A stretch of 63,623 nucleotides of DNA, counting the filler, from Octopus bimaculoides (taxonomy: Eukaryota): NCBI RefSeq assembly GCF_001194135.2. It is 6 parts of 4 records of this genome, joined end to end, with 100 filler letters (N's around TTAATTAATTAA, not from the genome) between each part and the next. Parts side by side here need not be neighbours in the genome. Positions count along the whole stretch, not along the records: positions 49,626 to 59,503 come from NC_068986.1; positions 59,604 to 63,623 come from NC_068996.1; 4 more parts are not named here. One strand, 5' to 3'. Made by a program: the position numbers and the translations under genes. The notes beneath the pieces are model-generated. The model did not search any database. It saw only the letters and a program-made list of their open reading frames with translations, and had not been told where the DNA came from. Of this stretch, positions 52,861 through 63,623 are shown piece after piece (position 1 is the stretch's first letter; every line of letters begins with the position of its first letter).

Positions 52861-53000
52861 AATGTATAAGAACTTTTAAATAAGTTCTCCACCGATAATG
52901 GTGTTTACATACCGAAGAGCTTGGTAAAAATTATTAATTGTTAATTTATTAATAAATTAATAAATTGATAAACCTTTACCCTTTTAACTGTAATAATTAT

Positions 53001-53047
<47 letters not shown>

Positions 53048-53829
53048 TAAAGAGAGAGGGGAGAGGGAGAGATAGATACATAGATATATACATAGATGCA
53101 TACATACATACACATGTATGTTTGTGTATAAATTTTCATATATATATATGTGTGTGGGAGTGTGATTATGTTTGTAGGTATGAATTTATGGGAATGGCTT
53201 ATGGATGTGTATATATATACGTATGTGTGTATGCTTGTGTGTGTGTTTAAAGAGAGAGACAGGCATACACAATAAGCATTGAGATTCTTCTTCTTACCCA
53301 TCTTTTCCATTAGATAAATGTTCTAATTTAATTAGTCCTTCTTGCACCAAAAAATGATGTTCCTTTCAGTTGCTGCTATATAGTGCTATCAAATGAGAAT
53401 GCATGGTATAAATTAATAGAATACTCTAGATGTAAGGGTGTAAGACGTTCCGATAAAGTCGATATGATAAAGAAATTCATCAAGAATCCAATCAGTGGTA
53501 ATGTGATAAAAGACATGTTGAATGAATAGAAACACAGCATAGAATTGGAATCGAAGACATTTGTGTCAAATAGGGTGAGAATATTAAAGAGGAATAGAAA
53601 AACACCAATAAATTTTCCTATCTTTGATGCATTTGAATTGTGAGTGGGCGTGGGGAAACTTGAGAAATCATACTGGGTAAAAGCTGTTTTTTTGTGATTT
53701 GTTAACTAATATTGTTGTGAAAGTTCTGGATGTTGTTTTAAACAGCGGTTTTCCGGAATACTGTGCAATGGAATACAACGGATGATGTATAACTACCAGG
53801 AGATAAGTGATAGAGTTAAAGTAAGTATA

Positions 53830-54110
53830 TATATATATATATATATAGTTGAAATTTACAGAAAAACAAATGACAAAGACAGGTGTATAAACAGCAGGTA
53901 GGTATATTAGTCTGACGTTCAGGAAGGTGCGAAAGTCTTTTACGTTTCGAGCCTATGCTGCTCAACAGAAAGGAACACGAGAAAATAAACAGAGAGAATA
54001 AAAACACTCTTGGAGTTCGCGGTCAATCATCGTGACAGGCTGGACAAAGGTATTTATACAGGAGAGCTAGGAAGAAAGGGAGATAATAAAGTATTGATGA
54101 TCCCAAAGCG
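53830..54110 (-). mobile_element. Penelope-like terminal repeat copy (CUGUNGA subfamily)
   Basis: Shares AAAGACTTT..TTCC.GA.CGT..ACTAATA..ACACCTGTCTT trailer with the copy at about 4030-4260. Confidence 0.5.
53937..53972 (-). ncRNA. Hammerhead-like motif, A6U variant
   Basis: Minus strand CUUU-CUGUUGA-GCAGC(AUAG)GCUC-GAAAC-GUA-AAAG. Same subfamily as 4154-4189. Confidence 0.5.
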
Positions 54111-56730
54111 AACGTGCGTGTGCGTGTGTGTATTGTGAGAGTGTGTAAGTGTGTGGCTGTGGATAGGGGCTGGTGACTTTGACGTGTGGATGTGTGCGTG
54201 TGTGTGCGTCTATAATGTGAGGGTGTGTGGATGATGGTGTGGGGTGGTGTGGGGTGGTGTGATGCGGTGTGGTGGTGTATGATGGGGTGTGGCGGTGTTG
54301 AGGTGTGAGGATATGAGGGTGGGGTATAGGTTTGGGGTGAAGATANNNNNNNNNNNNNNNNNNNNNNNNNNNNNNNNNNNNNNNNNNNNNNNNNNNNNNN
54401 NNNNNNNNNNNNNNNNNNNNNNNNNNNNNNNNNNNNNNCGGAGGGGGTATCAATGACGGTAGAAGGTGGGTAGGAGTGAAGAGGGGAAGTAGGTGTCAGA
54501 TAAAGAGAGAAGAGGGGAGAGAAATATATATATATACATGCATGTATGAGCACAGGACGTCACCAACAGTGCAAACAACATGAAATACGTAAACAAACGG
54601 ATTAAATACGTAAACAACGTGAAGAAATGGAAAGCCGGACAAGTAAACACAGAGAATGAACCCTTTATCGGTTGTCGGCTGTCTATCTACTCTTCATTAC
54701 GAGCATTCAACAACAATATGAGTCTTCAAAGAGAGTTGCTCCCATAAATTCTAAAATAAAGTTTAGGATTTATGGAGAGTCAAAATTGGGAACAAAAACA
54801 TGACAGTGGAGGCATATAAGGAAACCGAACGAAAACAAACATGGAGGGTCGTTAAACCAGAACGAGGGGAAAATATTGAACGTTGGGAGAAACATATTTT
54901 TTGAAAAGAGAAAAGATAGAAGAGAGAGAAAAGAAAACACTCCGTTCTTTTGAACGTCCGTACAGGAAAAGAAGGATGGTCACGTGAGGAAAAGAAAGAT
55001 GGACGATGGTTACATGTGAGCAACGAGAGAGAGAGGGGGAAAGAGAGGAGGGAGAGAGACAGATAGAAAACGGTTAAAAAGGGAAATAAAGAAGGATGGT
55101 GGAAGAACAAAGCATAGAGTCGCATCAAAAAGGTTAAGATAAACTTACTTGGAAATAGATGCGTCGCGTTCAATGAAATAATATATAATATATATATATA
55201 TATATATGCAGGTATGGATACTGAACGTTACCCACGGTGCAAACAACATAAAATACGTACACAGCCATATATATATANNNNNNNNNNNNNNNNNNNNNNN
55301 NNNNNNNNNNNNNNNNNNNNNNNNNNNNNNNNNNNNNNNNNNNNNNNNNNNNNNNNNNNNNNNNNNNNNNNNNNNNNNNNNNNNNNNNNNNNNNNNNNNN
55401 NNNNNNNNNNNNNNNNNNNNNNNNNNNNNNNNNNNNNNNNNNNNNNNNNNNNNNNNNNNNNNNNNNNNNNNNNNNNNNNNNNNNNNNNNNNNNNNNNNNN
55501 NNNNNNNNNNNNNNNNNNNNNNNNNNNNNNNNNNNNNNNNNNNNNNNNNNNNNNNNNNNNNNNNNNNNNNNNNNNNNNNNNNNNNNNNNNNNNNNNNNNN
55601 NNNNNNNNNNNNNNNNNNNNNNNNNNNNNNNNNNNNNNNNNNNNNNNNNNNNNNNNNNNNNNNNNNNNNNNNNNNNNNNNNNNNNNNNNNNNNNNNNNNN
55701 NNNNNNNNNNATATATATATATATATATATATATATAACTGTATAATAATATATTTTATTCTCTGATATGAAGCGACAATTTTTAAATACAAACAAATGA
55801 TTGAAAAATGATGAGCTGACACCAAACACAATAGAATCCACAAATCAAGGCTAGCATTGCTCTCGCGCATCCGACTGGGCCAAACGCTTGACCATGAATT
55901 TCGGCCAAATTTAATTAATATTTACTTAAACTGTCTAATATTACATATAAAATTTCTAAACAAACCCGAAAGGCTTTGTAAGTTACAGACAGAAAGCTGC
56001 TATCGATGACTCATAGTATAATAAATACTATAATAATATTTTATTCCCTGTGAGCGTCAGTGAATGTGTGTGCATGTAAGTATATATGTATGCGTGGATA
56101 TGTATGTGTGTGTGTGAGTGTGTGTGTGCGCGTGCATGTAGAGAGATAGGGAGAGATGGATGGATGGATGGATGGATGGATGGATGGATGGATACGTAGG
56201 TAGGTTGATACAAAATTTTGATTTGATTGGGACTTCGAGTTCACCTTCTACCTTGAAGTCCCAATCAAATATATATTGCAAGCTGGCAGAATTGTCAGAA
56301 CACACGACAAAAAGCGTAGCGACATTTCTCCCAGCACTCCCATTTCTCCCAGTTTATCCCCACTGCTAGGTACGTTGGGCATCTGACTTCTACCATAGCT
56401 TCGTGTCAATCAAAGACTTGTGAATGGATTTGGTACACGGAAACTGAAAGAAGTCCGTCGTATATTATATATACGCGTGTGTGCGTGTGTGTGCATGTGT
56501 ATCCCACCACAGGTACCGGTATGTTTACGCCCCCGTAACTTAGCAGTTCTGTAAAACGGTCTTATAGGATAAGTACCAGGCTTTAAATAATAAAGTCTTG
56601 CGATCGATTCATTCGACTAAAATATTTTCCAAGGCAGTGCCCCAGCATGGTTGCCGTCTAATGATTGAATCACATAAGAGACAAAATATATATATCACTG
56701 ACTCACACACATGTATACATATACATATAT

Positions 56731-56761
<31 letters not shown>

Positions 56762-56762
56762 C

Positions 56763-56819
<57 letters not shown>

Positions 56820-57919
56820 NNNNNNNNNNNNNNNNNNNNNNNNNNNNNNNNNNNNNNNNNNNNNNNNNNNNNNNNNNNNNNNNNNNNNNNNNNNNNNNNN
56901 NNNNNNNNNNNNNNNNNNNNNNNNNNNNNNNNNNNNNNNNNNNNNNNNNNNNNNNNNNNNNNNNNNNNNNNNNNNNNNNNNNNNNNNNNNNNNNNNNNNN
57001 NNNNNNNNNNNNNNNNNNNNNNNNNNNNNNNNNNNNNNNNNNNNNNNNNNNNNNNNNNNNNNNNNNNNNNNNNNNNNNNNNNNNNNNNNNNNNNNNNNNN
57101 NAACTGCACGATAAAGTGTAGTATATTGCCACTTAAGTGTGGCTGACCCCTAGGGGTGGATGTTACTGTTGCTTTTAGCCCCAGGAGGACATCTCCTCCA
57201 GCTGGCTTATCGACACACGACTGTGTCCTGTTTGCCAAGGGAAGTTATCCCTCTCACCTCGATCAGCAGCACGAACGTATCCGGATTTCAGGGTTATTTC
57301 CCTTCGTCGGCGTTAATACTTCATTTAGAGAATTAACATTGCTTGTTTTCACCTTTTCAATATCAGTGAAGAATTTCACTGGAAAAGAAGATATAAATTT
57401 GCCAGGTTTTTGTCTCTCTCACCAAGGTCATCAGCTGTCGAAGGTCAGAACTGACAAGCAAAGCTATGAGCAATGGTATTTTAGTCATGACCATCATGCC
57501 TATTTTGTTATGCATAGCACATCTAATATTATATATTGCATGTCCTTTCCTATTTGGAGATGGAAACCTGTGATATGATGGACACTCGGTTAATATTTCT
57601 TGGTTAATAAACGTGTGATATGATGGACACTTGGTTAATATTTCTTGCAGGTCGAGCAACCATATACTTATTAACTTGTTTTATTGTGATAGTAATATAT
57701 TACTGTTGATTGGCAGAACTGTTGATTAACGGATAAAATCTATTTAGCTGCTTAAGTTACAGCCCTTAGTTCAAGTCCTGTCGAATTATCTTGCTTTTCA
57801 CACTTCCACAGTCGCTTTAGTCGACATACACTCCCCGTCAAATATGTGACCATTATGCATAGGATAGAATCAATATATTAAGGTAAATAATTTTTTTTTA
57901 TATTCTCGTTGTAATTTGC

Positions 57920-57964
<45 letters not shown>

Positions 57965-58304
57965 CATTATTATTATCATTATCATTAGGGCAGTGAGACG
58001 ATAGAATTGTTAACAAGTCGGAGGTAAAAAAACATGATACCGGTGAAGAGTTGCTGAAGTAGAAGCAGATCAACAAGATCCCGAATTAATCTGGTCCGAA
58101 TGCTTGGAGCAGAGTGCACCTCAGAACTACGTGTTGATAGATTATGTATACAGTACAAACAGGTACTTCCTAAAATACCATTTTGAAATGGCTTCTTCCA
58201 GAAATGATCATTGATAACATAAAATTCTTGAACAAAACGCACGAAGTTTCGTTTTTTGTGGTTAATTAATGAACTGATATTATTGGTGTAATACTATTAA
58301 AGCA

Positions 58305-58880
58305 AATATGGCAGCGAGCTAGCAGAATCGTTAGCACGGCAGACAAAATGTTTCGCGGCAATTTTTCCAGCTCTACATTTTGGGTTCAAATGCCGCTGAG
58401 GACAACTTTCCTTTTCTTTATCGAGGCGATCAATTAAAAAAGGTGCTAGATCAGCTTTGGTGCCGATGTAATCGGCTTACCCTTCCTCTAAAAATTGCTG
58501 ACCTTTCGCCAAACATTAGAAAGAAAGACGTTGAGCTGGCAGAATGATTAACCAATCGGACGGAATGCTTATCCTTATTTCTTGCGGTTTTTTACTGTCT
58601 TAGTTCAAATATCGCCGGGTCTGTCTTTGTCTTTCATCCTTCCGGAGTCAATGAAATAAGTACCAGTTGAGCACGGGGGTTAATATAAACGACTAACCAT
58701 CTTCTCTTAAAATTGCTAACTTTGCACCAAAATTTGAAACCATGAAAGGCGGCAACTGGCAGGATACTTAGCACTACGGACAAATTGCTTGCAGAGTCGA
58801 TAAAATAATACCAGTTGAGCACTGAGGTCACTGTCATCGAACAGCCTTCTTATCGAATATTTCAGGCCTTGAGCATCTAG
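58305..58880 (+). mobile_element. Head-to-tail array of three family-A SINEs (third internally deleted)
   Basis: Units start near 58308, 58528 and 58745 with the same A-box/B-box head. Confidence 0.8.
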
Positions 58881-59421
58881 TAGATGAGGACTATCAAAAA
58901 AGAATATTTCAAGTAGACCTTAATTCAAAGAAACGTTGAAAGAACAGTGCTCATGGATCTTCGTTTTTTTTAGAGCCTCCAATATTGATGGTGAGGGGAA
59001 CAAGGAAGAAGCTATCTGAAATAGTTCCAGTGCTTGAAGCAAAGTTGTATCCGCTAGAGCAACGAGCATTTCAAAGGAGGCGATGTATTAAGCCAACCAT
59101 TTAAATTTCAAAATTTAAGAGAACAACTCGATCCATCAGTATGTTTATCCATTCTAGAAGTGCTTCAAACTTCTGCAATTCGGTCTAAGTTTTAGTTCAA
59201 ATACATCGTAATTGTTTGAACATCAAACCATTATTTAATATCCTGGGATAATGCCAAAATCTCTATTTCATTACATCTTCCTATATATCAATCCACTCTC
59301 TCACTCTCTCTCTCTCTCTCTCCCATTCCCTCTCTCTCATTATATATATATAAATACATATATATATCTATATATATACATATTCATATATATATATGCA
59401 TATTCATATATACAGAGAGAG

Positions 59422-59486
<65 letters not shown>

Positions 59487-60111
59487 GAAATACGAACATA
59501 TATNNNNNNNNNNNNNNNNNNNNNNNNNNNNNNNNNNNNNNNNNNNNTTAATTAATTAANNNNNNNNNNNNNNNNNNNNNNNNNNNNNNNNNNNNNNNNN
59601 NNNATATATATATATATATATAGTTATATATGTGTGTGTAAAACTGATAAACTAAATTCAGTTCAGTTTATTATGATTAAAACAGCAGCGACTTCATAAC
59701 AAACCCTTTTACTACGGCTCGCCTACATTTAGCGTCTCTAACTATCCCTCACTCTCACTCCGTGTGTTGTTTTACTCTTCTTCTACCAGCATAAATGATG
59801 AGACGCAAGGGTGTCCAACTTACACACTTCCGAACATCAAATTGTAAAAGAAATTTACTCCCAACCCAACTCCAACCCGTTTTCGGAAGGAAAATGTCTA
59901 TAGTAAGCATAACGGACGGCAGTGAGATTAGTTGAAAACACACAGAAACCTAACTTATTACCAATTTTATTTAGTGAAAATAGCGGTCAACGTACAAGTA
60001 TGGTTTGCTTTCTGTTAGTATATAGATAAGAAAATGAGATGACAAAGGATTAAACGATTATCTTATGAACTTTACTAGCTTGCAGCTGTTTCTGCTCTAA
60101 GATGCAGTGAA

Positions 60112-60160
<49 letters not shown>

Positions 60161-60408
60161 ACACACATGTAGATATCTATACAGATGTATACATATATTT
60201 ATTTATTTATGTATAGGTAATTAGTAAGGGTTTTCTTTCCGAACGTTTACCGGTTTGCTTACAGTTAAGTATTCAAAATAGGTTATTCAACAGTTGATAT
60301 ATAAATCCAATAATAATTCTCATAAGATAAGAAATTAGAGATATATTTTGTTGGATAATTCTGAATAGATTACGTTAACCATATAGGTTTCCACGTGTAT
60401 ATGATAAC

Positions 60409-60528
<120 letters not shown>

Positions 60529-60574
60529 AATAATAATAATAATAGTAACATGTACATTATTTTCCCTTGCTATA

Positions 60575-61045
60575 AAAAGATGGGCTACAGCAAATATTCT
60601 GCTTAATACCACAGATTTGCTTGTCAGTTGTTTGACCTTAACCAGTTGAGCATGCCCCTTGGTGGCTGACGATATGTGCATCTCTGATCACGAGCAGAAG
60701 TAGTGGCGGAGCATCATAGCCATATGTTGAGAGGAATTCTTTGGGGTTTGAATAATTCACCTTTGGAAACATGGATGTTTTGCTCAACATCCTTAAACAA
60801 ACCTTATTCAGGGACCTTTTGAGCGGGATGGGCTACTCGACCTGAAGGAAATTCTCACTGGGTCCCACCAGCAAGGCCATGCGCTGTTTATCTTGATATG
60901 AGATCACCATGTCGCGCACATATGGTTGTGATGCATGTGCCTGGTGTACCCTTAACAGACGGGTAGTCATGATGGGTATACTGGGGTTCGTATTTTTGTA
61001 CCCCAGTGTCACTTTAATGACATGCACTGCTCTCTCACTCAATAA
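60575..61045 (+). mobile_element. Interspersed repeat flanked by (AAT)n, likely an R4/Dong-type 3' UTR or derived SINE
   Basis: GC-balanced non-coding block between (AAT)n/(GAT)n and CTCTCTCACTCAATAAT. Family assignment is inferred. Confidence 0.4.
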
Positions 61046-61156
61046 TTTTACTGGTCATCTTCAGCATGACCAGTAAACAAGTGTCACCTTAGTTTGCTGG
61101 CTGTGGACAGCTGACACTTTCCACCATACCCAGCAACATAAGCTGTGAGTTTTCAT

Positions 61157-61203
<47 letters not shown>

Positions 61204-61569
61204 GAATTATTATGAAGTGACATAGCATTACCTTTAATTCCTTTTTATATGTATAGCTTCACATAGATCTACACATGTTTTAACAAGATCGATTAAAGTG
61301 AAAACTCTGAAGAAATTGCGCCGCTATTATAGTAGGGTTGCAGTTGCAACGGTTACTAATTGATGCCGTGGAAATATGTGTAGGTCTATGTTGACCTTCC
61401 ACTGACCATTGTCCATAAGCACCCACTAACTATTCCTGCTACTAATTCCTTCGACTACGTCACACACACACACACACAAACACACACATACACACTAATA
61501 GATAAACCACCAAACCACGCACACACACACACACATACACACACACACGTTCTGTTATTACACACATAC

Positions 61570-61871
61570 TTGCAGACTCTCGCGCACGCACAGATATTCA
61601 CCTCCCTTTTTCACTCTCCTGTCTTAGAAAGAACTTTTCCTCCACCACCTCCTCTTCCGGTCCTTCCACAATGTAACCTCGTGGGCATCGGTGCCGATTT
61701 TCTCTACCTCCGTTTTTCCATTCTTTGAACTTTCCGTCTTTCCGACGAAGGGCTCCGCCCGAAACGTCATACTCTCTCTCTTTCCTTTCCCGAGCGTCCA
61801 ATAACACTATCCGTATCACGTCCTCACTTTGTTGTTTTTTTGTTATTGTTTTTTGTGTTCTTTTGAACTTA
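61570..61871 (+). mobile_element. Penelope-like terminal repeat copy (inverted relative to the 50.2 kb copy)
   Basis: CACTCTCCTGT..AAAGAAC..CTTCCGGTC..AATGT..CGATTTT leader and CCGAGCGTC..CACGTCCTC..TTGTTGTTTTTT trailer match the 50060-50345 copy. Confidence 0.55.
61742..61768 (+). ncRNA. Degenerate hammerhead-like motif, U4C variant
   Basis: CCGACGA-A-GGGC(UCC)GCCC-GAAAC-GUC. Helix I is poorly paired. Flanks align by eye to the 50179-50213 copy over roughly 250 bp. Confidence 0.45.
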
Positions 61872-62019
61872 NNNNNNNNNNNNNNNNNNNNNNNNNNNNN
61901 NNNNNNNNNNNNNNNNNNNNNNNNNNNNNNNNNNNNNNNNNNNNNNNNNNNNNNNNNNTGAACTTATATATATATATATATATATATATAACTTACATGG
62001 AGACAGTGTGTGGCGTTCG

Positions 62020-62049
<30 letters not shown>

Positions 62050-62053
<4 letters not shown>

Positions 62054-62467
62054 CAGCAATAAGAAAATGGAGAGGAACAAGAGGTGGTATTCATCAACTT
62101 TTAGACATTATATTATGTCTATTTATCTATTAAAAAAAAAAAACAATTATAACAATATACATACATGTATAACATATTATGCTTTACATATATAATATAT
62201 AAAATATAAAAATACTAGTAATTATTAAAATATATAATGTAGAGCATAGAAAGCTGAATTCTACTTTCTATGCTCTACGTTATATATATTAATAATTGCT
62301 GGTATTTTTTATATTTTATATATTAAACATATAAAGCATAATATGTTACACATGTATGTATATTGTTATAATTGTGCTTTTAAAAAATAAATAATTACAC
62401 ATAATATAATGTCTAAAAGCTGATGAATACCACCTCTTGATCCCCTCCATTTTGTTATTGCTTTATA
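62050..62467. repeat. AT-rich foldback: ~204-bp imperfect arms, 10-nt loop (62254-62263)
   Basis: Centre GTAGAGCATAGAAAG-ctgaattcta-CTTTCTATGCTCTAC. Symmetry continues out to AAGAGGTGGTATTCATCA / TGATGAATACCACCTCTT and beyond. Confidence 0.9.
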
Positions 62468-62759
62468 AATTAAGGGTAAAACAATTTTTACCCTCACCCA
62501 TTCATTACATTCAGTAGTGTAATCACCATGCAATGAAAAAAAGCACTGGTGTAATAATAATTGGGTATTCTTCCAGCAGTATAGTGGATAGATNNNNNNN
62601 NNNNNNNNNNNNNNNNNNNNNNNNNNNNNNNNNNNNNNNNNNNNNNNNNNNNNNNNNNNNNNNNNNNNNNNNNNNNNNNNNNNNNNNNNNNNNTTATAAA
62701 GGTTGAGCATAGCGATTTAGAAATATCTCGATTTTTAAAAGTTCCTAGACCATTCGTCT

Positions 62760-63623
62760 ACAAAGGAACTAGAGGGTGAAAATGGAAACGTATCATCAGT
62801 ATCAAAGCATAAAAAGCATTCTAAACGCTCTGAAATCGCCAGAACACCTGAATTTACCCAGTAAGTTCAACAGACCATTGATTATATTCCCAGAAAGTCC
62901 ATGAGATCTATTGCAAAATATGTCCATGTGTCAGAAGGATCAGTCAAATATGTTGTCCACGGAGACATCAGATATAAGTCTTATATGATGAGGAAAGGTC
63001 AATTTGTCATAAAAAGCAAAAGAAAATCACAACATCAGGTCTAAAAGGTTCTTAAATGAACTGAAAAATGCAGAAGATTTGATTTGGTTTCTCTCAAATG
63101 AGAAAAACTTCGACAAAGATCAATAAGTTAACAAAAGAAATGACAGATGGTTATGTGCAGATCCTTATGAAGTTCCATGTGTGATGCATACAAAATTTCC
63201 TGTAACTGTCATAGTTTTAGGGGTTGTCAGCAATAAAGGACATGTGATGCCTCCTTACGTCTTTCCACAAGGCCTTAGAGTTAACTCGGCTGCCTACATT
63301 GAGGTTCTGGAAATAATTGTTAAGCCCTGGATAGACAGTGTATGCAATAGAAGGCCATATGTGTTTCAGTAAGACTCTGCACTATTACACATGGCTCTAG
63401 TAACACAGGAGTGGATGGCTGAAAATTTTCACGATCACATAACCCCTAATATTTGGCCTCCTAATTCCCCAGATATATTACACATGGACTATTACACGTG
63501 GAGCGTTGTTGAGAGAGAGGTCAATGAACACGCCCATAACACCAAAGATTCTTTGAAAGCTGCCATAGTCAGAGTACTGTCCATAATGAACCAGGACCAC
63601 TTGATTCGAGCATGTAAATGATT
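62760..63623 (+). mobile_element. maT-family (DD37D) transposase pseudogene, runs off the window end
   Basis: TKFPVTVIVLGVVSNKG...PYVFQ*DSALLH...WPPNSPDILHMDYYTW, with 37 residues counted between the second and third catalytic Asp. Confidence 0.9.

Noticed and set aside
57569-57647. 34-bp direct repeat with an 11-nt spacer
   Set aside because: Only two units; a local tandem duplication within a repeat, not a CRISPR array.
58965-59110. Acceptor-like TTTTTTTTAG followed by a 43-codon frame (PPILMVRGTRKKLSE...), and TCTCAATAG|GTCCT at ~50411, as possible engrailed exon 2
   Set aside because: Neither encodes EH3 or the homeodomain; both stop early.
59790-59830. ATGATGA-GACGC(AAGG)GTGTC-CAAC as a hammerhead
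   Set aside because: A plausible helix II, but C3 and the GAAA core are both missing and there is no cleavage triplet or helix I.
62785-62800. GAAACGTA adjacent to TCATCAG
   Set aside because: The two half-cores are on opposite strands and in the wrong order; the site is within the maT transposase region.

Overview
Repeat-rich, gappy, low-GC animal genomic DNA. It is most likely octopus, inferred from the SINE/LINE repertoire, the very high microsatellite density and the assembly style, not from a database match. Two host-gene pieces are supportable. (1) A ~2 kb first coding exon of engrailed on + (34970-36962), with the EH1 motif, the EH2 motif and the conserved phase-1 intron after RPSSG; its homeobox exon is not visible in the remaining 26.6 kb. 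(2) A single intact exon of a trypsin-family (S1) serine protease on + (47754-47904; IVDG...CGG...TAAHC), missed by the ORF track and lying inside the presumed engrailed intron. The rest is transposon debris: R4/Dong, RTE and Tx1-like LINE fragments, mariner (DD34D) and maT (DD37D) transposases, hAT/pogo/piggyBac-like MITEs, three tRNA-derived SINE families (one in head-to-tail arrays) and long foldbacks. The most unusual non-coding signal is a set of at least five minimal type I hammerhead-ribozyme-like motifs, probably from Penelope-like element ends. One has a canonical core and four carry recurrent core substitutions (A6U twice, U4C twice). One sits in the loop of a near-perfect 122-bp inverted repeat. 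Most long ORFs in the track are artefacts of N-runs and microsatellites. Repeat boundaries are hand-read and approximate unless TIR/TSD positions are given.
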